DNA from: a virus
Lineage: Duplodnaviria > Caudoviricetes
Length of the DNA: 25,260 bases
Virus record (IMG/VR): IMGVR_UViG_3300017909_003700
Location: 1 to 25,260 of that record
Reading direction: 5' to 3' (one strand)
Part shown: in pieces, positions 9,014 through 17,900 of the stretch
How the letters are laid out: every line of letters starts with the position of its first letter
How positions within the stretch are numbered: position 1 is the stretch's first letter
Program-made: the position numbers and the translations under genes
The notes under the pieces: generated by a model
Database searches by the model: none
Seen by the model: only the letters and a program-made list of their open reading frames with translations
Told to the model about the DNA's origin: nothing

Positions 9014-9609
9014 TGAATAAATCTTTATTAGTTGATGTTATTCCTTTTGATGTGACACCAGACAAAGTTAATGAAGCTATTAGCACAAATGGCGGAAAAC
9101 TAATTGTTAAAGGTGTATTGCAAAGAGCAGAAGCTAGAAATCAAAACGGAAGAGTTTATCCAAAAGAAATACTAATGCGTGAAGCTAAAAAGTATACGGA
9201 TAATTTTATAAAAGAAAGAAGAGCTATGGGAGAACTAGACCACCCAGATAGTTCAGTAGTAAATTTACAAAACGTTTCTCATAATGTATTAGAAATGCAT
9301 TGGAACGGAAATGATCTTGTAGGAACAGTAGAAGTATTAACAACACCTGCAGGAAATATATTGAAAGAATTATTTAAAAGTGGAATTAAGTTAGGTATTA
9401 GTTCAAGGGGCTTAGGTTCTATAAAACAAGAATCTGCTGGTGATGAAGTACAAGATGACTTTGAATTAATAGGCTTTGATTTTGTTTCTAATCCTTCAAC
9501 ACATGGAGCCTTCTTAAGGCCCGTTAACGAGTCAGTTGACAGATCTTCTAATTCAGACAAGTGGCAAGGTGTTGAAAAAGCAGTATTTAACATCCTATCA
9601 GGAGAATAA
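9013..9609 (+). CDS. Prohead core protease (T4 gp21-like)
   Basis: GVLQRAEARNQNGRVYP, GELDHP, VSH, GISSRGLGS and DFVSNPST motifs; TAATG coupling with upstream gene. Confidence 0.95.
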   Translation: MNKSLLVDVIPFDVTPDKVNEAISTNGGKLIVKGVLQRAEARNQNGRVYPKEILMREAKKYTDNFIKERRAMGELDHPDSSVVNLQNVSHNVLEMHWNGNDLVGTVEVLTTPAGNILKELFKSGIKLGISSRGLGSIKQESAGDEVQDDFELIGFDFVSNPSTHGAFLRPVNESVDRSSNSDKWQGVEKAVFNILSGE

Positions 9610-9611
9610 CA

Positions 9612-10085
9612 GTGAAGATGAAAGATATATTAAACGAATCTATCGGTGGAGTTGTAACTCAAAAGCCGCTAGGAAATATATTTGGAGAAGAAAAATCTAC
9701 AGATTTATTAAAAATTGCAAAAGAATTAGTTGCTAAAGAAGGTGAACAAAAACTAATGACAAAAGAAGATCTTGTAAGATCTGTTAATGAGTTTTCAACT
9801 TACGGTCCGTCAATATACAAAAAGCATAATTTAGCAGATGTTGCTAAAACTTTTGTTGAGATTGCTGAAGCTGCTCAAAAGCATGTTGTAGATGAAACCA
9901 AAGATTGGTTTGATGGTGTTACTGTTAAAAGAAATATGAATGAATTAAAGAAACAAGCTACTCAATTTAATAAAATAGCAACAGAAGCTCAAGCACTTCA
10001 AGATAGAATGGCTGCTTTATATGAAGATATGGGTGGAATATTAAATAGATACTTTGATATAAAAGAACTAAACGAAGAAGACTAA
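9612..10085 (+). CDS. Hypothetical helical protein, putative internal head protein, 157 aa
   Basis: GTG start with AGGAG at 9600-9604; N-terminus MKMKDILNE ends in an L-x-E site. Confidence 0.75.
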   Translation: MKMKDILNESIGGVVTQKPLGNIFGEEKSTDLLKIAKELVAKEGEQKLMTKEDLVRSVNEFSTYGPSIYKKHNLADVAKTFVEIAEAAQKHVVDETKDWFDGVTVKRNMNELKKQATQFNKIATEAQALQDRMAALYEDMGGILNRYFDIKELNEED

Positions 10086-10094
10086 GAGGTAAAG

Positions 10095-10292
10095 ATGTCA
10101 ATAAAAGTTAAGGTTACAAATAACAAATACGAATTTGCATTAAGAAAATTTAAGAAAAAAGTAAAAGAAGCAGGAATATTACATGAGCTTCAACAGAGAC
10201 AGTTTTATGTAAAGCCTTCAGCAATAAAAAGAGATCGAAGAGCAAAAGGTAGATTAAGAGCTCAAATTAGGTCAAAAAAAGCTGAACTTTAA
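10095..10292 (+). CDS. rpsU: Phage-encoded 30S ribosomal protein bS21
   Basis: 65 aa, highly basic; EFALRKFKKKVKEAGILHELQQRQFYVKPSAIKR matches the bS21 pattern ALRRFK....G...E...R..Y.KPS..R; GAGGT upstream. Confidence 0.93.
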   Translation: MSIKVKVTNNKYEFALRKFKKKVKEAGILHELQQRQFYVKPSAIKRDRRAKGRLRAQIRSKKAEL

Positions 10293-10303
10293 ATATATTA
10301 TAC

Positions 10304-10411
10304 CATACTTATATAAAAATAAAATGCACCTACGTTCGTTAGGTGTTCCTAGATAATCGAATCAGATTATAGTTCAAAATAACTATATAATCTCTTTAAG
10401 GGAGAATCCAA
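10304..10411 (+). promoter_or_regulatory. Putative late promoter (ATACTTATA 10305-10313) and structured 5' leader of the scaffold-capsid operon
   Basis: Stems: CACCTA 10327-32 / TAGGTG 10340-45; ATAATC 10353-58 / GATTAT 10365-70; AGATTATAGTT 10364-74 / AACTATATAATCT 10381-93; TCTCTT 10391-96 / GGGAGA 10400-05 (contains the SD). Confidence 0.5.
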
Positions 10412-11518
10412 ATGGATAAACTATTAAAAGAAGCAATTGCTGACGCAAAAGCCGTGCGCGAAACTGCATTAGCAAATGCTAAAATAGCCCTAGAAGAGGC
10501 CTTTACCCCACATCTGAAATCAATGCTTTCTAAGAAGCTACAAGCTGAAATGGAAGGCGAAGATGAGGAAAAAGCCGATGAAGGTTATTACGGTGAAGAT
10601 GAAGAGGAAATGGACGAAGAGCTAGAACCCTCTGAAATCGGAGCTAGTGATAATAAAGAACCTGCTCCTGAAGCAGGTGACACTTCTGGTATAGGACAAG
10701 GTCCTGAGTCTGAAGGCGATGATGAAGAAGCTGGTGAAGAAGATGAAAATCTTGAAAAAGCTCCTGATCAGCCAGTAGGCGAAGGATATGGCATGGACGA
10801 CGAAGATGAAGACAAGAAAGAAGAAGGCATGCATGATGAAGAAGAAGACAAAAAAGACGAAGGCATGCACGACGAAGATGAAGATCTTGAAGAAGTCTTA
10901 CGCCAATTAGAAGCTGAAATGAATGACGAAGAAGAAGACAAAAAAGACGAAGGCATGCATGATGAAGAAGAAGACAAAAAAGACGAAGGCATGCATGATG
11001 AAGAAGAAGACGAAAAAGACGAAGGCGTTCATATGGACGACGAAGACGAAGATATGGACGAAGAAATCGATCTTGACGAAATCATTAAAGCCCTAACAGA
11101 AGAAGAAGGCATGGAAGATGAAGACGAAGAAGAGAAAAACGAAGAGTTGGAAAACGAAAATAGTGAACTCGAAGAGTATAAGAAGACAGTTCTTTACTTG
11201 AAAGATAAGCTTTCTGAAGTTAACTTACTTAACGCTAAACTTCTTTACACGAATAAATTATTCAGAAGCAGAAACGTAACTGAAGAACAGAAAATGAAAG
11301 TTATTGAGCAATTTGACAGAGCTGCTAACGTACGCGAAGTTAAACTTGTTTATAGCACATTTGCTGAATCAATGAAACGTAAGTCTGTTAATGAATCTGC
11401 TAAGCGTGTTAGTCAAGCTTCTAAGCCAACAGCTTCTACTCAACCTAAGAAGAAACCAATCATCGGTGAGAATACGGACTTCAAAAGCCGTATGAAGAAA
11501 CTCGCTAACATTATATAA
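10412..11518 (+). CDS. Prohead scaffolding protein (gp22-like position and composition)
   Basis: Very acidic central region, coiled-coil ends (LLKEAIADAKAVRETA; LSEVNLLNAKLLY); directly upstream of the capsid gene; GGGAG SD. Confidence 0.85.
   Translation: MDKLLKEAIADAKAVRETALANAKIALEEAFTPHLKSMLSKKLQAEMEGEDEEKADEGYYGEDEEEMDEELEPSEIGASDNKEPAPEAGDTSGIGQGPESEGDDEEAGEEDENLEKAPDQPVGEGYGMDDEDEDKKEEGMHDEEEDKKDEGMHDEDEDLEEVLRQLEAEMNDEEEDKKDEGMHDEEEDKKDEGMHDEEEDEKDEGVHMDDEDEDMDEEIDLDEIIKALTEEEGMEDEDEEEKNEELENENSELEEYKKTVLYLKDKLSEVNLLNAKLLYTNKLFRSRNVTEEQKMKVIEQFDRAANVREVKLVYSTFAESMKRKSVNESAKRVSQASKPTASTQPKKKPIIGENTDFKSRMKKLANII
10823..11032 (+). repeat. 36-nt coding repeat (EGMHDEEEDKKD) in scaffold
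   Basis: GAAGGCATGCATGATGAAGAAGAAGACAAAAAAGAC exact at 10823-10858 and 10949-10984, one mismatch at 10985-11020, partial copies at 10859, 10925 and 11021. Confidence 0.92.
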
Positions 11519-11530
11519 CGGAGAACTATC

Positions 11531-13147
11531 GTGTCTTATAACGATCAATTAAAAGACGTAATGGGTGGATATAATCCTCATAATGAGCTTCTAGCTTCCT
11601 CTCGTAAATTGGTTTCTAAGTGGGAACCAACAGGCCTTTTAGAAGGACTTAAAAATGAGAGTGAAACTTCCGGTATGGCTGTACTCTTGGAAAACCAAGC
11701 AAAGCAGTTAATCGACGAAGCTTCAAATGTAGGAACTTCAGCTAATCAAGAACAGTGGAGCGGTGTTGCTCTACCATTAGTTCGTAGAATTTTTGCTGAA
11801 TTATCCGCACAGGAATTCGTTTCTGTACAACCTATGAACCTACCGTCTGGTCTAATTTTCTATTTAGACTTCAAATATGGTTCAACACAACAGAGTGGTG
11901 CTATCCATACCAAAGGTGCTGACATCTATGGTGATACATCTAGCTCTGGCGACCCTTCTGGTGGTCTTTACGGCGCCGGTAAATGGGGTTACTCAATCAA
12001 CGACCAATCAGCGACTGTTGGCTATACAGCTACTACAGCATCTGTTTCTGATGTAAGATTTGATCCAAATCTTTCTGCTTCAGCTGCTGCAGAAAGCTTA
12101 AACAAGATAGAGATTTCTGGATCTCAGCTTACACGTCCTGATTTCGAAGGAGTTAAAGCCTTCGCACTCACTGGATCAGGTACACATGCATTAACAGCAT
12201 TTTATCCTGCTTTCACAACTTATAATGAAAGTACTGATAAAATTCATTTTATCGTTGATGCAGCTGTTGCACTTAGTGCATCAGGCGGTAATATACATAT
12301 CGCTTATCATCAACAGCCAACTGACTCATCACGTGGCGACTTTGAAGTATCATCTAACTCTGAAGGATCTAATCCTGAAGAAGCTAATGTTGGTATTCCA
12401 GAAGTTGACATTCAGATGCGTTCAATCGCTATTACTGCTAAAACTCGTAAGTTAAAAGCTGTATGGACTCCTGAGCTTGCTCAAGACCTTAACGCTTATC
12501 ACGCTGTAGACGCAGAAGCTGAATTGACATCTATGCTATCTGAATACGTTACTATGGAAGTTGACCTTGAGATTATAGACATGTTGAAAGTCAATGCATC
12601 TGCAAAGACTGAATACTGGTCTGCTGAGGTAGGATATGATTGGAATGGCTCAGAGTTTGCTAGCACAGCTGCTAACGCAAGTGCTTACACAAAAGGTGAG
12701 TGGTTCCAAACACTTGGTAATAAGATACAATCGGTATCTAATGCAATACACAAGAAGACACTTAGAGGTGGAGCTAACTTCATTGTCGTAAGCCCTGAAG
12801 TTGCTACAATCCTTGAGTCAATTCCTGGATTTGCTACAGATTCTGATGCTGATGTCACTAAGCAGTATGCTATGGGCGTTCAGAAGATTGGTGCTCTTAA
12901 TAATCGTTTTAACGTTTATAAGAACCCATATCTACAGGATGACCAAATCCTTGCTGGATTTAGAGGTGCTCAGTTCTTAGAAACTGGTGCTGTTTATGCG
13001 CCATACGTTCCGTTGATCTTAACACCAGTTGTTTATGATCCAACCAACTTCACACCTCGTAGAGGCGTGATGACAAGATATGCTAAGAAGATGGTTCGCC
13101 CAGAATTCTACGGTCTTGTTAACGTTGCTAAATCAGGTCTTGTGTAA
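11531..13147 (+). CDS. Major capsid protein (T4 gp23-like)
   Basis: LLENQ, LPLVRR, VQPMNLPSGLIFYL, AKTRKLKAVWTPELAQDLNAYHAVDAEAEL, YAPYVPL and FTPRRGVMTRY motifs; GTG start with GGAG SD. Confidence 0.97.
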   Translation: MSYNDQLKDVMGGYNPHNELLASSRKLVSKWEPTGLLEGLKNESETSGMAVLLENQAKQLIDEASNVGTSANQEQWSGVALPLVRRIFAELSAQEFVSVQPMNLPSGLIFYLDFKYGSTQQSGAIHTKGADIYGDTSSSGDPSGGLYGAGKWGYSINDQSATVGYTATTASVSDVRFDPNLSASAAAESLNKIEISGSQLTRPDFEGVKAFALTGSGTHALTAFYPAFTTYNESTDKIHFIVDAAVALSASGGNIHIAYHQQPTDSSRGDFEVSSNSEGSNPEEANVGIPEVDIQMRSIAITAKTRKLKAVWTPELAQDLNAYHAVDAEAELTSMLSEYVTMEVDLEIIDMLKVNASAKTEYWSAEVGYDWNGSEFASTAANASAYTKGEWFQTLGNKIQSVSNAIHKKTLRGGANFIVVSPEVATILESIPGFATDSDADVTKQYAMGVQKIGALNNRFNVYKNPYLQDDQILAGFRGAQFLETGAVYAPYVPLILTPVVYDPTNFTPRRGVMTRYAKKMVRPEFYGLVNVAKSGLV

Positions 13148-13173
13148 ACTAGACTAATTTAGACGCATTACTG

Positions 13174-13207
13174 AAAAAAGGGCTCCATTTTTTGGAGCCC
13201 TTTTTTT
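13174..13207 (+). terminator. Rho-independent terminator, potentially bidirectional
   Basis: AAAAAA-GGGCTCCA-TTTTT-TGGAGCCC-TTTTTTT directly after the capsid gene. Confidence 0.93.
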
Positions 13208-13233
13208 ATTTCTTCCAATATTGTTAAAATCTT

Positions 13234-13248
13234 GATATTTATAAATGA
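13234..13248 (+). promoter_or_regulatory. Putative phage late promoter
   Basis: GATATTTATAAATGA directly after the terminator and before the neck gene, where a new promoter is needed. Confidence 0.62.
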
Positions 13249-13271
13249 AACGTTTCTAACTGGAGAATGTA

Positions 13272-14426
13272 ATGTCAGTAACAATTTGGGAAGGCAGTAG
13301 CTCTTTTTCATCAGGGCAAACACCTTACGGTTTTTATGACTCAGATAATGAATTTACATCTTCTGCTGATAATTTTGCTGATTGGGCAGCTAGAAGATTA
13401 GGTTACCCTATTGTAGACGTAGAGCTGCAATCAGGTTCTTTTTACGCTTGTTTTGAAGAATCAGTAACTGAATATTCTGCTCAAGTCAATCAATTTAATA
13501 TAAGAGATAATTTATTACACCTTCAAGGTCAACCAACCAGTTCTAATGTGACAGGTAAAAGAGTAACTCCTACACTAGGAAGAACTGTATTTTTAAGCCA
13601 ACAATACGGTACTGAAGCAGGAGTTGGCGGTTATGTAGACTATAAGAAAGGTAGCATAACAATAACAAGTGGAAGTCAAGAATACGACTTAAATGCACTA
13701 TACGCTGCAGTTTCAGAGTCAGGAAACGGTGCAATAGAAATTAAGAAAATATATCATGAAGCTGCACCAGCAATAACAAAATATTTTGATCCTTATGCTA
13801 CGACAGGATATGGGACAGCAAATTTTATAGAAGGCTTTGGGTTTGGTCAATATTCTCCTGCTGTATCATTTGTTTTAATGCCAGTATTTGAAGACATATT
13901 AAGAATGCAAGCAATAGAATTTAATGATCAGTTTAGAAAATCACAATATTCTTTTACACTGCAAAATAATAATTTAAGAATATTTCCAATACCTGAAAAT
14001 AATACAAAACTATATTTTGATTATGTAATCACAAAAGATAGAGATGATCCATTATTAAGACCGTCAGGATCAGATGCAAATCCAATATCTGATTATTCAA
14101 ATGTACCGTATAATAATATGGAATACTCATATATTAATGATGTTGGAAAACAGTGGATACGAAAGTATGGTTTGGCACTTACAAAAGAATTACTAGGAAC
14201 AGTAAGAGGAAAATTTGGAACAGTACCAATACCAAATTCTGAAGTTAGTATGGACGGAGAAACACTTAGAGCAGAAGCAACATCAGAAAAAGAAGCTCTC
14301 ATTCAACAGCTAAGAGAAAATTTAGAGCAAACTAGTAGAAAGATGATGCTTGAAGCAGACAGTGAAGAAAGCACACGACTGCAGGAGAAGCTTAATAAAG
14401 TACCGCTCAATATTTACATAGGATAA
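13272..14426 (+). CDS. Neck / head-tail adaptor protein (T4 gp13-like)
   Basis: RRLGYPIVDVEL near the N-terminus, WIRKYGLALTKELLGTVRGKF...IP...MDGETL near the C-terminus, terminal PLNIYIG; GGAG SD. Confidence 0.85.
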   Translation: MSVTIWEGSSSFSSGQTPYGFYDSDNEFTSSADNFADWAARRLGYPIVDVELQSGSFYACFEESVTEYSAQVNQFNIRDNLLHLQGQPTSSNVTGKRVTPTLGRTVFLSQQYGTEAGVGGYVDYKKGSITITSGSQEYDLNALYAAVSESGNGAIEIKKIYHEAAPAITKYFDPYATTGYGTANFIEGFGFGQYSPAVSFVLMPVFEDILRMQAIEFNDQFRKSQYSFTLQNNNLRIFPIPENNTKLYFDYVITKDRDDPLLRPSGSDANPISDYSNVPYNNMEYSYINDVGKQWIRKYGLALTKELLGTVRGKFGTVPIPNSEVSMDGETLRAEATSEKEALIQQLRENLEQTSRKMMLEADSEESTRLQEKLNKVPLNIYIG

Positions 14427-14430
14427 CAAA

Positions 14431-14916
14431 ATGGCAGGTCGCTTTTTAAGGTCTAGAGATAAAGAATTTTTTGATACTGTCAATAAAGAATTGTTAGGCA
14501 ATCCACAGACAAATAAGTCTGGTATCATAAATCAAGAAGTTGTAGCATATAAAGTATCTGTTTATGAGACAGAAACAAATTTGTATGGTGAAGCATCTTC
14601 AGGAAAACGTTATCAAAATGGTGTTAAACTCACATGTCTCATAACTGCAGACGATTTTGATTATGATACAAATGAATTTGGACCTAGTGCTAATCAAAAC
14701 GCTAGTTTCGCATTCTTAAGACAACAGTTGATAGATGCAAATTATGTTCCTGATATAGGTGATATAATTGAGTGGAATTACGGATTCTTTGAGATTGCCA
14801 CAATAAATGAAAACCAGTTATTAGCAGGAATGCAAGAGAATAATCATTCTGTTGTTTGTAACGCATTTCTTGCAGATCCAACAAAAGTTGGTTTAAGTAG
14901 AAGTAGAGGGTATTAA
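14431..14916 (+). CDS. Putative head closure / neck protein (T4 gp14-like)
   Basis: NLYGE and PDIGDII...FFEI motifs; position between gp13-like and gp15-like genes. Confidence 0.7.
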   Translation: MAGRFLRSRDKEFFDTVNKELLGNPQTNKSGIINQEVVAYKVSVYETETNLYGEASSGKRYQNGVKLTCLITADDFDYDTNEFGPSANQNASFAFLRQQLIDANYVPDIGDIIEWNYGFFEIATINENQLLAGMQENNHSVVCNAFLADPTKVGLSRSRGY

Positions 14917-17900
14917 TGGCTGAAAAACCAACAATAGTAGAAAACAACAGAGGGAGACAAATATCACGTTTAGGTGACAAGACAAAAAGTGTGTCAGTCG
15001 GCTTGATGGATATGGATTCTGCCATATTCTACTATTTTGAAAACGTCATAAAACCTTATATTGAAGAAAACGGTGAGCAAGTAAAAGTACCTATAATATA
15101 CGCAAATCCAGAAAGATGGGCTGCAGTACAAAAACAAGGTGTTATAAGAGACCAAAAAAGAAAAGTAATGGCGCCAATAATAGCATTCAGGCGTACAGGA
15201 TTTGCAAAAGACACAACTATACCTGTTGATAAAATAGATCCTATGGATCCAAAGTTACACTTACATTATGAAAGTCAATACACAAGAGAAAATAGATATG
15301 ATAAGTTAACAGCGCTTAGAGGCTTGACACCTAAAAAAGAAATATTTTCTGTTGCTGTGCCTGATTATGTAGAGTTAAGCTATGACTTTATAGTTTGGAC
15401 AAACTTCACAGATCATATGAACAGTATAGTAGAGAAAATAAATTGGTCAGAAGGCTCATACTGGGGTGACCCTGGAAAATTTAGGTTTAGAACTAAGATA
15501 GATAACTATACAGACGCAAGTGAATATGAAGGCACAACAAGAAAAATAAAGACAAGCTTTTCATTAACACTTAACGGATACTTACTGCCTGATGAATATC
15601 CACCTACAGCTGTTAATACAGAAAAATTTATTACTCCAAAACAAATAGTAATGAATGATGGAACAGATGTTAATATATCAGCAATATCAGGCGTAGATGA
15701 TGACGGTGCAAGAACAGTAACAGTTATAAATAATATTGCAAAAAGCGGTGGAGGTAGTGGAGGAGCAGTACAGACTTTGACAATTGCACCAGGTCAGAAT
15801 ATGAATTTTAATAATTTAGAATTTAATGGTGGAACAGCAGAAACATTAACAATTAATACATCACTAACACCAACATTTACAAGTTTAACAGTTGATGGTA
15901 ATGTTTCAGCATCAGCAGGTTCAACTGGTTCGTTTGGAATATTATTAGGTGATGGCTCTCAATTGACTGGAGTGACAAGCGGTATTTTTCAACCAACTGG
16001 ATCTACACAAGCTACAACAAATGACATAGAAGTAACAGGCTCAGCAAAGATTAATGCAGCTGCAACATCATCAACAGCTATATTCACAAATAATATACAA
16101 AACGGTTATCCTACATCAAATCAGTGGGGATCAAATTTAGAAGGTAGTTTTTTTAACAACTTTGATAATACAACACATGTAAGTGAAATATTAAGATTTA
16201 TGGCTGGTGTGTTAAGTCACTCACTTGATGTTGCTGATGCACAGCCAAATACAAAAACTTATGGTAGTGTTACTGCAACTTATAGTGATGGCTCTGAGAC
16301 TTCTAAATCATCATTATTTAATGGAGTGTTAGGTTCTACATACGAAAATGCAAGATTATCAAATAGCTGGACAGCATCAGCTTTCATAGATTTGTCAACG
16401 ACATCATCTTATAGAGAAGTATTAGACTATCTACAACATAAAAATTGGGTACAAGCAAGTGATAGAGGAACTAATAGTAATGATGTTGGTACAAATCCGT
16501 TTCACGGTTCCTATGCAGCTAGAATACCTAGTACAATTACGACACAGGGAACATTCAGCACCTTTACACACACTCTCTCTGCAAATGCTGCAGGAACAAC
16601 TGCAGTAAGTAGTAATTCAAATTATTTTGGTTTAGGAGGTTTAACTAGTGGAGGACCAACAGAATTTAAAGTTAGAGTTATAGCGACACAATCTTTTAGT
16701 GATGCATATGATGATCAGACTCCTGATCAGAATTCAACCTTTACTACATCATCAAAGACAGACTACACAACATCAGCATTTGGAACTTCGGGAGATGGTT
16801 TAATACTTGCCAAAATAGATACAGCTCAACCTGCAGTTATACCTTCTGCTTTTCAAGACGGAGACTTTGCAAGTGTTGCAGGAGCTGTAAGTGGAAGAAA
16901 ATATACAGCAGGTGCAACAAGCGCAACAAATTTATCTGCTTCTGGATATTATAAATATCATGACGTAAAAGCTGGCATTGCAACTGGAAGCCAAACAGAC
17001 TATTCATTTCAAGCTGGTAGTGACTCATCTACAAGGTTTTATATTTATACAGGTGGTTTACCAAGCGATATTACTACAGGTGCACCAACAGCAGTAGTCG
17101 ATAGTGCAGCAGTACGAACAGCATTTTCAGCAACTTCAAGAAGTTTAAGTGGTGCTCCATATCTTTTAACAACTTCATATTCATATGAGTTTAATTCTGA
17201 AGTATCAAAATCATTTGATCCTGGTTTTGGTTATGGTTCATCAGTTCTAGTAAATAGCAAACCTACAGACACATGGAGCAATATAGGATCAACATCATTG
17301 TCAAATGCAACAACAACAGTTAATAATTCAGGTGTCTCTTCAACTGGAAATAACAATTACGTAATCGATAATACATATACAACAAAGAGAACATCAGGGC
17401 AATCTCCTGAAATTCATGATATTGCAGTTGCAAGTTCATCATTTTCTTTTTCACTAAGTAGTAATTCAACTAATGTAGGACAAAATAGGACAGCAAATAA
17501 CACACTAAACTACAGTTTAAAATTTAGAGCAACTGGAAGAAACTGGAAAAACTCATCTGTAACTAGTGATTCTTCGACGATAAGTTTTTATGATGCGACA
17601 TTATTTGGACAGAATTCTGATAGCGGTAGTATGGCAGTTTACAGTAGGGCGCAGGGATATGACCCAACATCAGTAACTAGTACACAAGAAAATTTTCTCG
17701 GTGAAGATTTTAGAATTGTAATTGCAGATAATGTTACTGCATTTAATGGCGCATATTTTACAACAGACTCATTCCAAACAAATGATGAAGGTGATGCTGT
17801 TCTTGGTGATTATGATTTACAAGTAAAGCCAGGAAGTTCAACAGGATATTTAGTTGATCCAGGTGGAAGTTATGGTTACTGGTTTCCAGAAAACTTTGGA

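Noticed and set aside
10293-10411. tRNA or known riboswitch in the intergenic regions
   Set aside because: No cloverleaf, T-loop consensus or aptamer that I recognise.
10622-10992. Antisense poly-Ser and poly-Phe ORFs
   Set aside because: Reverse complement of GAA/GAC-rich scaffold repeats.
10823-11020. 36-nt repeats as a possible CRISPR array
   Set aside because: Copies are adjacent without unique spacers, in frame within a coding gene, and no cas genes are present.
17041-17049. ATATTTATA inside the 1140-aa gene
   Set aside because: Falls in Tyr-Ile-Tyr codons far from any start; expected by chance in AT-rich DNA.
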